Shown in pieces: positions 1-13,600 of a stretch of DNA of 64,000 bases. The DNA is from Podarcis gaigeae (taxonomy: Eukaryota). The notes under the pieces were generated by a model. It did not search any database, was not told the DNA's origin, and saw only the letters and a program-made list of their open reading frames with translations. The stretch is from the NCBI GenBank assembly GCA_964106915.2, contig OZ066915.1; one strand, 5' to 3'. A program made the position numbers and the translations under genes. Position 1 is the stretch's first letter. Each line of letters starts with the position of its first letter.

Positions 1-552
1 TGTTTGATTCTCTACTCCAGGAACCTTTACTCCTCTAGAGGTCAACTACAACTCCCATCAGCCCCTGCAAGGATAGCCAGTGGCCAGTGATGGTTGTAGT
101 TGTAGTTCAGCAATATCTGGAGGGCCAGAGGTTCTCCACAGCTGCACTAGTCCATGCCCAGCTGCACTGTCCAACCTCTGACATGGAAAATGTGAGGTTG
201 GAGTAAAATGGTTTGGATGGATTACTTACAATTTGTGAGCCCTTCGGGGACATAGATTTATCCTACTAAAAATTGCTATAAAATCTCACCTGGAGCCCAA
301 AGGATAGGGGCAGGATAATAAACATAGTTTTTTCATTGGTTTTGAATATGACCTCATAGAAACTTGGGATAAAATAAAAGGGGCAGTTCCTTGATTCTGT
401 TCCGGCCCGTTTCATTCTAGCACCAACTTGCTGCTGTTGTGAAGGGGTGCTGGGCTTACTTTGTGTACATTTAAGCTCAAGTGGAGTTGCATTTCATTGC
501 CCTTTCCTCTCCAACAAAAGTTTTTTTACACCCACGTGCCAATGGGGGATTA

Positions 553-645
553 ACTTCATGCATCTGATAAAGGGATCTCTAATCCATGAAAGTTTATCCC
601 TGTAACACATTTGTCATCTTTAATAAGGTGCCACAAGTCATTTAT
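553..645. mobile_element. Penelope-like element terminal-repeat fragment, degenerate
   Basis: catctgat...catgaaagtttat...catttgtcatctttaataaggtgccacaag resembles sauropsid PLE repeat ends. Confidence 0.45.
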
Positions 646-752
646 CTCTCTTTTTGGCCTGGACTCAGGAAGGCAGTCATAAAAATATCTTTTATTTAAA
701 TTAGTTTGACTTTTATTGTATCCTGTGCTGAAGAAAAAAATCAATAAAAATA

Positions 753-1466
753 CAGTCATACCTCGGTTTTGGAACAGCTTACTGTATTTTCCCGTGTATT
801 GGATGAGGTTTTTTGACACAAAAATCATGTCAAAGGTCGTCCAATACATGGATAGTGGCATGGGGGGAGATGCCGCTGGAAGTGCTGGGTGGTGGCATGC
901 AGCTTCTCCCGATGCTGCTGCCTACAGGGAGCGATCTGGGGGCACTGGCTGGCGGCACGCAGCTTCCCCTGATGCCGCTGCGCATGGGAAGCACTCCTTG
1001 GATTGTTTCCCGCGCGCGCAGCAGCATCAGGGGAAGGTGCCCTCTGGCCAACCTGCTGGCTGGTTAGAGCACAACTTCCCTCGATGCTGATGCGTGAGGG
1101 AAACACTCCCTGCCTGTGTGCGGGAAATGATCTAGGAAGTGTTTCCCGCCCACAGCTGCATGGGGGGAGAGGCTCAACAACTTTGAGCCATCTCCCCTCA
1201 TTTTCTTAAAATTAAGTCCCCCAAAATAGGGGGGAGGGTCTTATACATGGGGGCGTCTAATAGACAGAAAAGTATGGTAGTTCCCAAATGCCGCAAACCC
1301 AGAAATGCCTGTTCCGGTTTGCAAACTATTTTTGGAAGCTGAACATCCAACGGGGCTTCCGATTGGCTGCAGGATGACAATCAGAAGCCACGCTTTGGTT
1401 TTTGAATGTTTTGGAAGTTGAACGGACTTCTGGAACGGATTCTGCTCGACTTCCAAGGTATGACTG
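753..1466. mobile_element. Tigger/pogo-like non-autonomous DNA transposon (outer element of a nest)
   Basis: TIRs CAGTCATACCTCGG / CCAAGGTATGACTG, TA on both sides. Confidence 0.8.
782..1277. mobile_element. Second Tc1/pogo-type MITE nested in the above
   Basis: Diverged TIRs CTGTATTTTCCCGTGTATT / AATAGACAGAAAAGTATGG, TA-flanked; related 5' fragment at about 34054-34135. Confidence 0.7.
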
Positions 1467-1522
1467 TATTTATAAAAAGCAAAACAAAAAACAACGGCAT
1501 GCCCCTTGCTTCCTCCCTCCAG

Positions 1523-1621
1523 ATCATCCACAAGATACAGCAAAGCAGCGAGCAGGAGTGCATTCAGCGGGCTGCTCCAGGAACAGACGGCCAGACCCAG
1601 GCCTCCAACAGCGGTCCCAAG
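1523..1621 (+). CDS. CAMSAP3: CAMSAP3 exon IIHKIQQSSEQECIQRAAPGTDGQTQASNSGPK
   Basis: cctccctccag acceptor, gtgcgt donor, 99 nt, phase 0-0. Confidence 0.88.
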
Positions 1622-4600
1622 GTGCGTTTGCTTGCCTCGTGCAGCTTCCTTCTGAATGGAGCAGGGAGGGAGCCTGGACTTGTGGCGTAGCTGGAGTGGG
1701 AGGGAGGGAGGCCATTTGTGGGCCCTGCCCCAGTAGCTAAAGCGTGGCGACGGAAGGGTGGCTTTATCCATGCCGGCTTTGTTCTGTGTACAAGCCACAC
1801 CCTTTCCCTCCCGCTCTTTCCTTCGAAGATAGAATTCGCTTCCTCCCTTCTGACTGACTCCCCGCCCCCCCAACTCTAGCTTATGTTTGGGAACTCCCTG
1901 CACCCCAAGGATTCCCTACCTCTCCCCCTTGTAAATCTGCTGCTTCACCCTCCTCCTGTGAGGTGGCCTTTGTCTGCTTTGTCCTTGCTTTGTGGGCAAC
2001 CAGAGATCCTTGACTTCTCCCCCAAATCCATTCTGTGGAGCTGGCTCACTGGCTCTGTTGGCCAGAGTGGTCAGACCATATAGAGGGGGGCGGAGGCGGG
2101 TTGCCTGCCTGAGAAGCTGCCCCGTTCATGTTCCTGATGGGCCCAACGACGAGCCCTCATCCCAGCCCAAGCTGCCCCTCCGGCTTTCTGTGCTGCGAGT
2201 GCGATACCGTCACGATGTGTTATGTGACAGAGCTGTCTTTTTCTGCATCTTTTCCTCTGCTTCAGTGTCCCACAAGGTGGTACTGGAAACTGGTTCCTGT
2301 AAGTGGGTGGCTTTACTTATTATCTCCCTGCTGCTTTTGGCTCCTGCGCTGCATGCCAGGGGGACCCAGAGCAAAGGATGCTGGGGATTTAGGACCTTGG
2401 AGCAGAGATACCTGAGTGTGTGTGTGTGTTTCAGTGAGGGAAAGGCTGAGGGGACGACATTGCCTGCTCCCTGTGGGATGGGCACCTGCCTGAACTTTGG
2501 GGAGACTTTGAGGGCAGAGGGGACCCTGTCCCGGGAGGAGGAGGAGGAGGAGGAGGCGTGTTCCCACATGAGACACCAGCTGCTGGGATGCTGGTATATC
2601 CCAGCATCCTTTGTTCTCATCTCCCTTCCCTCCGCAACCCGCTCCTGCTTTGCTCTCTCTTAGCTCCGCGTGTTGGGGCACATGAGGGTTGGGTTCTGGC
2701 GGTGGCGGTGGGTGCTTAACGGATCTCTTCTTCCTGCCCTGAATAACGCAACCTCCTTGGGGTTACAGGTGCCCTGGGGTCTAACGGACAGGCAAGAGGG
2801 ACTGCCTCAGAGATCAACCGAGAAGCCCCGGTTTTCATTTGTGCAGAGGGGTTAAGAGACAGCCAGAGCAGGGCAGCTCATGCCTGGAGCTGCCAAGTAG
2901 GAACAGCATGCTAGTTACACGACATTCCTTTATTCTCCCCTTCTGTGTTGCCTTCTGTCCCCCTCCCCCTCAACCCGCCATTTGCTTGCTGCCCAGCTGT
3001 ACTCAGTGCAGCCCGGAGTGCGGACTAGTCCGAACGTAGGCCTGGATGCTACATTGCGTTTAGTGTTCAGGAGTGTGGGGTGCTCCGGAAGGGAGAGAGG
3101 GCTCTCTCAGGAGCCCCAGGTGCATGCTGGGGAGGCTTTAATCACCCCAGGCAGAAAGCTAGGCCTTGGCCAGGCCTTCCCTGCAACCCCCTACCCCTAC
3201 CCCATCCCCCAGCCTTGCAAGGCAGCAGCAGCAGCAGCCCTTTCCTCCTCTCTCCTCCCTCCTTGCGGGTGCATTGATCAGGCTCTCTCTTTTCTTTGCT
3301 ATTGCATCCAGCATGCCATCGCTTTTTGTTTGAAGGAGTCGGGGAATAAGCCTCCTGTGGTAATGTATCCGTCGGCGCGTGCCTCCCACCGCCTGCCTGC
3401 ACCACCTTGCCATCCACCCGGGTTGCTGTTTTCTAGGACTTCGGGCCATTCCTGCTGCAATGGGCCTGGGCCGCCTTTCTCCCCTGCCCCACAAGCTGCC
3501 ACCTTGCCTGGGGCTTGGAGAGGCGAGCTTCCCTCTCCGCTGTGGACATTTTCCAGGGTCCTCCTCCCTCCACGTTCAGAGCAACCAACAGCCGCCTCCA
3601 ATGCCCACAAGAGACCTGCCATTTGCCCTCAGTTCTTGGGAGTTCGCCTCATCTCATTGCTCACCCTCCAAACACAATCAGCCCCTCGCCTTTCCAGAGC
3701 CTGCAGAAATCCGGGGTTGCATTTCTTGTTTTTGTTAGACACTCTGGTTTTTGTTCTATTTTAGGACGTTTAGTGTGGGGGTGTCTACCGACTTTTCTCT
3801 CTAGAGCTGTAAGGTGTCAGGATGGGAAAGGTGTGGGTGCAGCCAACAGCACAAACCCTCTCATTACCACCACTGCCCACCAAAACTTCTGCTGTGTCGA
3901 GAGTTGACCTGTTTTGGCCTCTGGGGCCAGGTGACCACCTCCTCCCTTGGTTCCTTTGGTCTCTTCTCCTGGGCTGGGTGGGTGGGGGGGAAGGCTTGCT
4001 CCATTAATTCCTGGCTTCAGCAGTGGTGGAGGATGGGGTAGAGCATCTGTCAAGCTGGCCTCCAGAGCTTGCTGTCTACGGCCAACTCTTTCCCGCCCCC
4101 AGGGACATGGCCCTTTCCCTCTGAAACCTCCCTCCAGCTCATTGCAGCAGGAATGGAGGTACCCCATTTGCCTCTCTCTTTTTTTCCCCCCACCCTTTAT
4201 TTTTTGCTGGCCTGCTGGGTGTCTGTGCCTGTTTGTCTGTCTGTGCACCCCTTCCCCCCTCCCTTTGCCCTGTGCAATGTCTGCGCACGGCCTGCCCTGC
4301 TCTGTGTGTGTCTCTGGTGTGGGGGCTGCCTTTTGTTGTCTTGTCTGCTGTGTCCTGGGGTGAGGACAAGCATGTTTCCTTGGAGTGGGAAATGCAGTTA
4401 TTTAGCAGGACTGACTTGCTGGCTCCTCTGTCTTCTCTCCTGCCCAGGGCAGATCCCCTCCCCCAATTTAGCATCCCCCCACAGCCATTGTGGCCCTGCA
4501 GCCCACTGGGCCTAGCACTAGGCCAGAACCTCCCCTTGGAACATTTGTGTGGTGGGGAGAGTGAGGGGAGCTGGCAGCTGGTCCTTGGGGTCACTCAGAG

Positions 4601-7600
4601 CTGCTACAGAAGGGAGAGTGTCTCCTTTTCTCCTCCTATGCTGGCTGCTTCCTCTTCACTTCCCTCTTGCTTTTCTCCTCCTTGGCTGACACAGAGGGAC
4701 CTGTGCCTTCGAGGGACTCGCTTGCACCCCCCCACCCCCGCTTTATATCCTTTGCCTCCCTCCCAGCATGCACTTTGCTCTTGGTATTGGGGCAGGGTGG
4801 GGGAAGTGTCATATTTTGTGCACACACATTCTTGGGGTGGGAAAGAGGGAGTTAATCTTGGCTGGTTCTTCCCTCCCTGGGTATTCCCCGGAAGAATTTC
4901 ATGAGGGTCTCCTGCATGGTGGTGAAGTTGAGGGTGGGATGGAGGAGCTTGGGGTGTGAGGCCCTGGACTGAGAGGAGGCAGGGGGTGCATTCTTCAGGC
5001 TTTTTCAAGTGTCCCTCATGTGGGGACCGGCTCCTTCCGTCGCTGTGTTGACTTCCTCCTGCGTTTCTGCCCTGCACAGATCCGCTATCGGAAGGACAAG
5101 GCGCTGCCCAAGCAGACTCCCTGCTTCCCTGCCATCACTGGCATGAAGGACCTGGCCAGCGGGGGCGCCATTGCTGCCACCATCCACTACTACTGCCCCC
5201 AGATTGTGCGCCTTGAGGGTGAGTCGGTGCTCTGGCTCCTGGGTGGAGGGATGGGACGGCTGCTCAGAGCTTGCAGCCGTTGTGTGTGCATTGCTTCCAC
5301 TCGCACATGTGCTTGTGCACACGCATGCACTCTGCACGCTGATGGCTATTGTGTGCTTCCCTTGCCCGGTAGACGTGTGCCTGAAGGAGACCATGTCGGT
5401 GGCAGACAGCCTGTACAACCTGCAGCTGATCCAGGGCTTCTCTGCGGACTATTTGGGTGGCTCCTGCTTCCTCTCCTTGGAGGACCTGCTGTACATGCCG
5501 CCTATGCTGAGGGTGAGTGCTGGGACTAGGCAGGAGGTGGGGCAGTCCTCCAGCCCCTCTGAAAACATGGCTGTCCTGCCTGCAGAGCTTCGGGGGCAGA
5601 GGAGCTGCTTGGAAGGAGCCCTGGCATGGCAGAAGGAAGCCTTGCTCCGTGCCCCGTGTGGCTGCTCAAGTGGAGCAAGTGGGGATTAGTGTTTGGTCTG
5701 AGCGTCCAGCCTGCCTTGGCCCTAATGAATCTTGGCTGGGGCCTCCGGCTGTACTAATTGGAGGCTGATCGTGCAAGAACAATGAGGCCCTTCTGCAGTG
5801 GGTGACAGGGCAGTGCTGGGGGCGGGGATTGTGGTGGGTCAGAAGAGAGACGTTGTAGGCACCAGGAAGAGTTCTTCTCAGGAGTGCTACCTGCAGATGG
5901 AGATGGTGGAGCAGAGACTAGGTCCTCCCCCTTGTTTTCTGGACCCAACTCTGGCTAAGTGAGGGGAATGAAGGCTGCTTCCTCCAGAGACTATTTGGCT
6001 AACTCATTGCCCTTCATCCCCAGATAAACGTCGGGGTGTTCCTGGCAGAGTTGTTCCTGTGCTTTGAGGTGCTTAAGCCTGACTTTGTGCACCCAAAGGA
6101 GCTGCCTGGACTTCAAGGTAAGAAGGTGGCAGGTGTGCTTGTATGTCTGTGGCACCCAGGAAGCTGCCCAGGTTCACGGGCTCGCACTGCTTTGGCTTGC
6201 TCCTTGTTGTGTGTAAACTGGCTGCTAGTGCCTCTCTGGGGTTTCAGGCCCAGAGCCTTTCCCCCTGACCTACCTGAAGATGCTAAGGGTGCTGGAGTCT
6301 AAGGTATGGCTCCCCCCACCCTCCACACCTTAGTGGTAGCAGGTAGCTTGAGGAGCAACTAACCCAGGATAGGAGTGAGGCAGTCCTTTCCCAGCCCGCA
6401 GAGCTGTGCTGTTTTGGGTATGTAGTACTGCCAGATATTTGTCGGTACATTCATTATGGGCAGACTCTTATATTTGGTATTCTATGTGCTGATAATTTTC
6501 ATTGTGCTGAGCAGGCAGAAAAACCCAAACTACCTCCCCCCCCCCCCCGAATAACTTAACACCCATCCCCATTTAATAATTGTAGCATATATGGCAAAAA
6601 AAATAATTGTTTGTATACTTGTGAACACGAGAATTATGATTTTTGAAGTATATGGAATGCTGGTGGGATAATTAGAGTAGAGGAGGGAGCACAGTCGACA
6701 TGGGGAGAGAAAGGAAGAAGCGCAGAACATCTTAATTGCAGCTGTATCTAATTGTTTCTGAAGACATTATTACTAGTTGCATGCTTTCCAGACATTTTGC
6801 AAATCTGGGGCCCGCGCGCCTGCTTTTTCTTAATTTTGAGAATGAAAAGCTTCTCTTAAAGCCTTAGGAAATTTGTCTTCCACAAGTTATCTGTTACAGT
6901 TTGTACAATGTTTTGAACTAGATAACTGGCAATCAGGTCCTCCCTTCCTTTTAAGGGGGAGATGGAAAGAGGGTATAGCATATGCCTCCCATATTACGTG
7001 GTATAAACCAAAGGTGACTGGTATTTTTGTTTCACACCTTGTAGTCACTTTGATCTGATTAATTGAACAAACATATTCTGTCTGTGGAGCATCAATGGAT
7101 CCTGTTCCAGGATTTAGATTGTGCTTGCCTTGGCTTTATCTTGACCAGCGTTCACGGCTTTTCCAAATACTTGTTAAAACCTTGGCCCTTCCTGGAAAGT
7201 TTGCATTCTGATGTTGCGAACGCTTTTCTGGTCTTGCTGCAAGAAAAGATACCTTTAATCCCCATTGTGCGTTCTGTACATCAGGTGGTAAATTGCATGC
7301 CTGAAAAATAAGGAAAAGTAAAGGCTGTGCTATAAAGCCTGTCTGTGCACACAGGTATTTGATAGCAGCCTATCACTGTCACACTTCCCCTGCCGCCCTA
7401 AATCAGTTGTCCCACTGAGTAAGTGGAGCAGAGGCATGGGCTGCTGGGAGCTGGCATGCTCCAGCCTTGGAACAATGGCCTCCTGTGTGAGCCGAGATGG
7501 GAGCAGGTTCCTCTCCTGCCCTTTGGTACACGTGGTTGGCATTCCCACCCTTTCCTGACCTTCTAGTGACTTAATCCTCAGCGTGAGCTCTCTGCTCCCT

Positions 7601-10600
7601 TCCCCTCTCGGCTTGTTCAGTAAAGTGGCTGTTCTCTTCCAGATTCCCCTGGGCTGAATGACTCCCTGACGCCCAACAGTGGGAACAACAGCAGGTAAGG
7701 GAGCCTCTGCTACTTTCACCACCGCCACTTTGAGCCTGAAACCAGGCTTGCCCTTTCTTGCCCATGCTGGGAGTCAGATTTGGATGCTGTGCTTTGCAAG
7801 GAAGGTGTCTGTGGGCTGCTCTCTCTCTCTGGTGCCTCATTCCAGCGCTAGGATTTTGTAAATGGATGATGATGTAGGAGCATGAGAAATTGCCTTATGC
7901 TGAACCAGACCTCATTGACCCATCTCTCTCAATGTTGTCTACACCAGGGTTTCCCAAACCGTTTTGGGGCTACAACTCCCATCATCCCTAGCTATCATAA
8001 TCTGGTCAGGAATGATGGGAACTGTAGTTTCAGACAGGGAGCCTCTCCCAACCCTACCTAGAGATGCCAGGGATTGTCTTCTCCAGGGCACCAATTCCCT
8101 ACCTTTTCACCCACCAAGAGGACAGTCCCTGCATTCTGCCATGTCAGCTCCAGTTCCAGCTTATAAAACGAAGCTGCTTTAGCCCGAGTGTGTTGCTATC
8201 ACTAGCTTCCCTGTCTGGCAGCGTGGCTAGCCAGTCTCCCATGTATGAATCAAAGCTGTTGGGAAGCCTTAGACGGGAGTCATGTCCAGACTGCGTCATG
8301 TCCACAAGCCGTGATGTTGCTGACAGAGGACTCCAGGCAAGGAGCCAGTGGCTCTCAAAATGTTGCTGGACTCCAACCAGCAACAACCAATGTGGCTGCT
8401 GGTCAGGAATGATGGGAGTTGTACGCTGCTGGTGGCTTAACTGTGCCCTTCCCAGTAGTGCTCAAAAACTGTGAATCCCTTTAGGAATAGTTAACTATTG
8501 TCTCTTCAAAGGGGCAATGTTGCTGTTGCAGCTGGCAGAGGTCTGGGAGAGTCCTTGAGGTCCTTAACGATTTCTGTGCTGTTGACATAAGAGTCCTTGC
8601 TTTCCTAAAAAAAACCTCCACTCAGCAGCTTGCTCTTCAGATGTGTTAGTACTCTGAAGTGCCACAGCTTGACCTTCCCCCTCTGCTTGCCTAGGAGGCC
8701 TCTCCACATATTAATATTAGACAGTCTTTGGGGAAACGTGATCTGGAAGGAGTTATTCCTGCAATCAGGGTGGGGAGAGCTCCTTATGTTTTTTGTGGTG
8801 GCTCTTTGCCTCCTTATGTTTCAGGACGGTTGGACCTTCCCTTGCTCTGGGGAGAAAACTGCGTCCCTGGCACTGTCAGTGTGTGAGTCGGGTGCTCCCT
8901 TCCCCTGATCAGCTGTAGCTGCTGATCAGGGGAGTCTTCGTGGTTTACCTGGATTGAGTTGCACTGGTGGAGTAAAGGGGAAAGCTCTCTTGGCCAGAGC
9001 AGCTGCTCTCCCTTTGCTCCAGGCCAGCAGAAATTGTAGTTCTTCTTGCAGGGCAGGTGGGTGGGTGGGGGTGTGACTGGGCAAGCTTCTGATCTTTAAG
9101 GTAGGCACAGCTTTCCTCCCATGTGCAAGTTATGGGAATGCCTTTAGGCAGCAAATTAAAGGAACTTGTTCCTGCAAGTCTGTTCACTTCATTTGCCAAA
9201 CGAATGAGCGGAATCAACACTTAGCAGAGTGCCTACATGTTCCACGTATAATGTAATGCAGTGATTCTAGTGTTGTGCAAATTCCTTCTTGGGTTTCTAG
9301 CACCCCTCCCCTTTAAAAAAAACAAATGCAACAACCCACACCAAACTAGTCCTATTTCCTCAAAGGACTAGCTTTCAGCACCCAGTTTTCCTCTGCTGAC
9401 TTCGCTTGTGTGAGTGCAGTCTGTGTTGGTGCGGCCAGAGAGGATTGTGGCTGGAGGCCTAACCAGTGTGCAGCAGCATCTGCTTCTCTCTGTGTGATAA
9501 CAAGTTTTGTAGCAATGTTCTTAATCTGATCTCATCTCTTATCCCCCCCAGTAGCTCCCCAGTTTTCAGCTTCCGCCACCCACTGCTGCCTGGAGGGCAG
9601 GCACAGTCTCCGCTCTGTGGTTCTTTAGGTAAGGTGCTGCTGTTTTCTCTAGTCTTCCCCACCCACCACCAATACAAACCACATACAAGCTGTGGGGGAA
9701 GAAAAGGAGTCCTTCAGTTCTGTTGGGGGTAAAAGGTTAAGCAAAACACATGCAAGTCTCTTGGAGGTCCTTCTTAAGGCGTCATGATCATGACTGTCGG
9801 CATCCGCAGGGGCTTGTTTCTGTGGTTTCCAAAGCTCTTGGTCCTGGATAGCTGTTCAGCTTTACCCCGCAGCTGCTGCACATTTCTCAAGAGCAACAGA
9901 GCCATAGTATGCCTGCCTTAGATGGCACAATTTTAAGATGCTTTGGTAAAGGCCCAGTATGCTAGATTCATGGCATGAGTAAGGGTGAGCTCTGTTGATC
10001 CTCTTGTAAGGCAATAAGGGCTGCAACCCTGTGCAACCAGAGAGGGGAAAGCTCTGCCCTTCTGGATGCTTTGAATCTCTTAACTCCCATCCGGCCCAGC
10101 TGGCATGGCCCAAGGCCAAGGACGATGGGAGTTGTAGTCCAGTTATGCTTGGAGGGCTGCAGGTTCCGCCTTCCTGGTTTACACCTGGAACTTTGTTTGT
10201 GAATAGGCATGCACAAAATTGTACTGTGTAAACTGGCCTATCATGGGAAAAGAACATTCTGAGAAGGCAGATTTTAATCTACATCTCACATCAAGAAATG
10301 GCCCTAGACAGCCTGAGATATATTTGAGCTTGGGCTGCTGATGTCGTGCCCTCATGGGCCTTTGGTTTCCTTTCAAACACATTCTTTGTGAAGGATCCTT
10401 GTCAAAGTAGAGTGGCTCTCCTTTTGTGTACTTGCTCCTCCTTATTTTGACATGGAGGATGCTGTCCCCCAAGGACAGCCTGGGCCAACTTGGAGCCCTC
10501 CAGATGATTTGGGTTGTCACTCCCATCAGCCAGAGCAAGCATGGACAATGGTCAGGGAGGGATGGGAGCTGGAGTCTGAAACATCTGGCAAGCTGCTTGG

Positions 10601-13600
10601 ATTCCTCCTACCCCTTGACTTGAGGGCCTTGACTCCTGCCACCAAGTCTCTAGGACAACCCTGCGATATCTTCTTGTTCCTCTGATTTGGGTCCTTTTTG
10701 TGTCCTTAGGCTCCCTGCATCACTCCACATCCATGTCCCATGTTGAGGGCTTTGGTAAACCATGGAGCAAGAAGCAGCTCAGGTGAGGAGCACGGGGGGT
10801 GGATTTCATATGGCCAGAGGAGGGGACAACTTCCCAGACCTCTGCTTATCCACCGACTTGGGATACAGAGTTCTGAGAAGCAGTACCAGCAGGTTGTGAG
10901 TGGAAGGTGGGCTTGGAATGTCCCAGCTTGTCCATCCTTCTTTTGCTCCTAATCTTATCGCTTTGCTCCGCTTCCCTAGCCACCCGTTGTCGCAGGCGGT
11001 CTCCTTCAGCATCCCCTTTGGCTTGGACAGCGATGTGGACATTGTGATGGGGAACCCGGTGGGCATGCTGCGCTCTGTCAGCTCAGACAGCCTGGCCCCT
11101 GCCCTCTATTCCTCCTTGCCTCGCTCCCCGCGCCCACGGTCCACTGACGTGGTTGAGGCCCCCAATGGCTTAGTGACAACACCGCTCCACGGGGCTGGAC
11201 CCAAGGCCCAGGAGGGGCTGGCCCTGGAAAACGGGCTGAGTGACGGCTACCCCGACCTGCCTACCATCGAGGAGGCCCTGCAGATCATCCACAGCAGCGA
11301 GCGCCTGCTCCCCGAGGGAGCGCCCGATGGCTTTTATCTGCACTCTCCAGAGCCACCGAAAACTTCTATGCCAGAAAAGGCACCCATGGCTACTGTTTAC
11401 CGCTGCCACAATGGCCCCCCCAATGGGGCCGAGCCAGCCCAGGACGGCAGCCTAGACTCAGATGCCGAGGAGCCCACGCGGGCCCCTGGCGGCCCCGACG
11501 ACTCCACCTCGTGCGTCAGTTCGCTGAGCTCACAGCCCGACAGCACGGCTTCGTCCGCCTCTGGCGTCCGCATGACTAGCTTCGCGGAGCGCAAGAAGAA
11601 GCTGGCTGCGACAGACAGCAAGTCCAGTGGGATCAGCTCTGAGGGATCTGAGGTTGGGCCTGTCCCGCCAGACGAGAGCCCCGCCCAGAGCCCTGCCCTC
11701 AGCTCAGAGATGAGCCAGCTGGGGGCACGGCTGGAGGAGAAGCGCCGGGCCATCGAGGCTCAGAAGAAGCGCATTGAGGCCATCTTCACCCGGCACCGCC
11801 AGCGCCTGGGCAAGAGTGCCTTCCTGCAGCTACAGAAGGCCCCCGACACCCAGGGCCAGTCGGAGGATAGCCGGCTCGCTCTCGAGGAGCGGCTTGCCCA
11901 ACTGGAGGCCGAGGAACAGGCCGGAAGCCCTCGGGCCCGCCTAGACAACAAGCAGGTGACCTTTTCCCCGGAAATCACCAAGGGCGGAGCGTTGGACGAG
12001 AACCTGGGCGATTACAACCGGGCGGTGGCTAAGCTGAATACCGCCCTGAGCTCCCTGCAGCTGGATATGCAGCGTCTGAGCGATCAGCAGCAGCGCCTCC
12101 TGCTGGATAAGAAGCCTAGCGTGCAGGCCTGGGTGATCCCAGCCCCAAGGACCGGCCGTGAGGGGGCTCCTCCCCGCTCCTCCCTGGAGCTGTCCTCCCC
12201 ATCGCCGTCGCCCTCCCCTTCCCGCAAGTCCCGCTCCCCTCAGCCCACCCCGAAGAAGTCTCCTGCCCCAGCTCCACCCAAGAGCCCCCGGCACGCCCGG
12301 CCAGTGGAGCTGAAGCTGCCGCCCCTCATGCGGGTCCTGACGCCTCCCCACAACGTGGACACCCTCCCGCACCTCCGCAAGTTTTCCCCCAGCCAGGTGC
12401 CCATGCAGACCCGCTCCTCCATCCATTTTGCTGAGGATGAGGAGCTGCCCGTGCCGGAGGCCCAGGAGAACTTGCGGCCTGTGGCCTCGGTGCCCCCTCA
12501 GGGGGGCAACGGCCGTGTCTCGGGGGATGGCACCAGTGACGTCTCCTCGCCCAGCGACCGGCGCAGCAGCCTGATTGAAATCCCCTTGTCCAGCCTGAAG
12601 GGGGAGGAGGAAGACGACGATGCAGATGGCGACGACTCGCTGGAGGGATCCATCACCGAGGCCCTGGACTCCGAGCCGGCCCGGGCTGGCATGGGCTTCT
12701 ACTTCAAGGTAAGCACTTGAAGCGGAGACTGCGAACACTCATGGTAGGCATTCTGCACTTTCTATAGAAGAGCTTTTGGAGCATGGGCAAGAGGCAACTG
12801 GGTATGGCTAGGCCGGGCTTCAGGTGGCTGTGCTGCTACGCTCTTTCTTGAAGGTAATAGGAGGTAATAGGAGTAGGCAGTGGGACAGGGATTCCAAGGG
12901 GCCCCTTTTGACTGGCAGAAGCATATGCAGAATGTGCAGGTGGGGTTGCTGAAGCCAAGTGCTCGAACAAAGACACTGTGTGTGTGTGTGTGTGTGTGCG
13001 CGTGTGTGTGTGCAACTTAAAATGGACATCTCCTTTCTGAGATCCTTGTGGGTCAGGGAAGATCTTTTTTCAGACGTGTTTTTCTACTGCGCCAGGTTAA
13101 ATCACACCAGCTGCTGCTGCTCTCTAGTGGCAATGCAGATCTCTGCAGCATCCTGGACTGGCCCAAAGATAGGACCATAAACATGAGCTCCAGAAGCAGA
13201 GCTCAGCCCCAAATGAAGAGAGGATGGAGTGTGGATCATGTACAGAATGACCTCTGCCAGGTTGACTTGGGATTTGCAGTGGGAGTTCGTGGTCTCAGTT
13301 CCTGAGCTTTCTGCCAGTTTTGGACCTCATTCTGAGGCTCGATAATCCTGGGACCTCCAGGCATTGATAAATCACATGAAGTTTTTTCCTTTTCTCTATC
13401 ACCCACCTTTGGGATTTGGATCCTATCTGTAGGTGCTAGGAACCCCATTTTGGGCAAGCCCTATGCATAGCTGGCAGGATCACACAGGATACATGGTTGG
13501 CATTTGCAGAGGGGTTGAGAGCAGTTGGCTCCAATCCACAGGAAGGTAGAAAAAGAACCTAAGAGCTCTGCTGGATCCGACCAATCTAGTTCAGCATCCA

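Noticed and set aside
716-1209. ORFs with a repeated WxHAASPDAAA motif
   Set aside because: Arise from the internal repeat of a nested MITE
2982-3764. 260-aa ORF as a standalone gene
   Set aside because: Mostly low-complexity intron read-through joining microexons; non-ATG start
11941-12738. 265-aa minus-strand ORF and other short ORFs across 11170-12692
   Set aside because: Antisense shadows of the GC-rich CAMSAP3 exon
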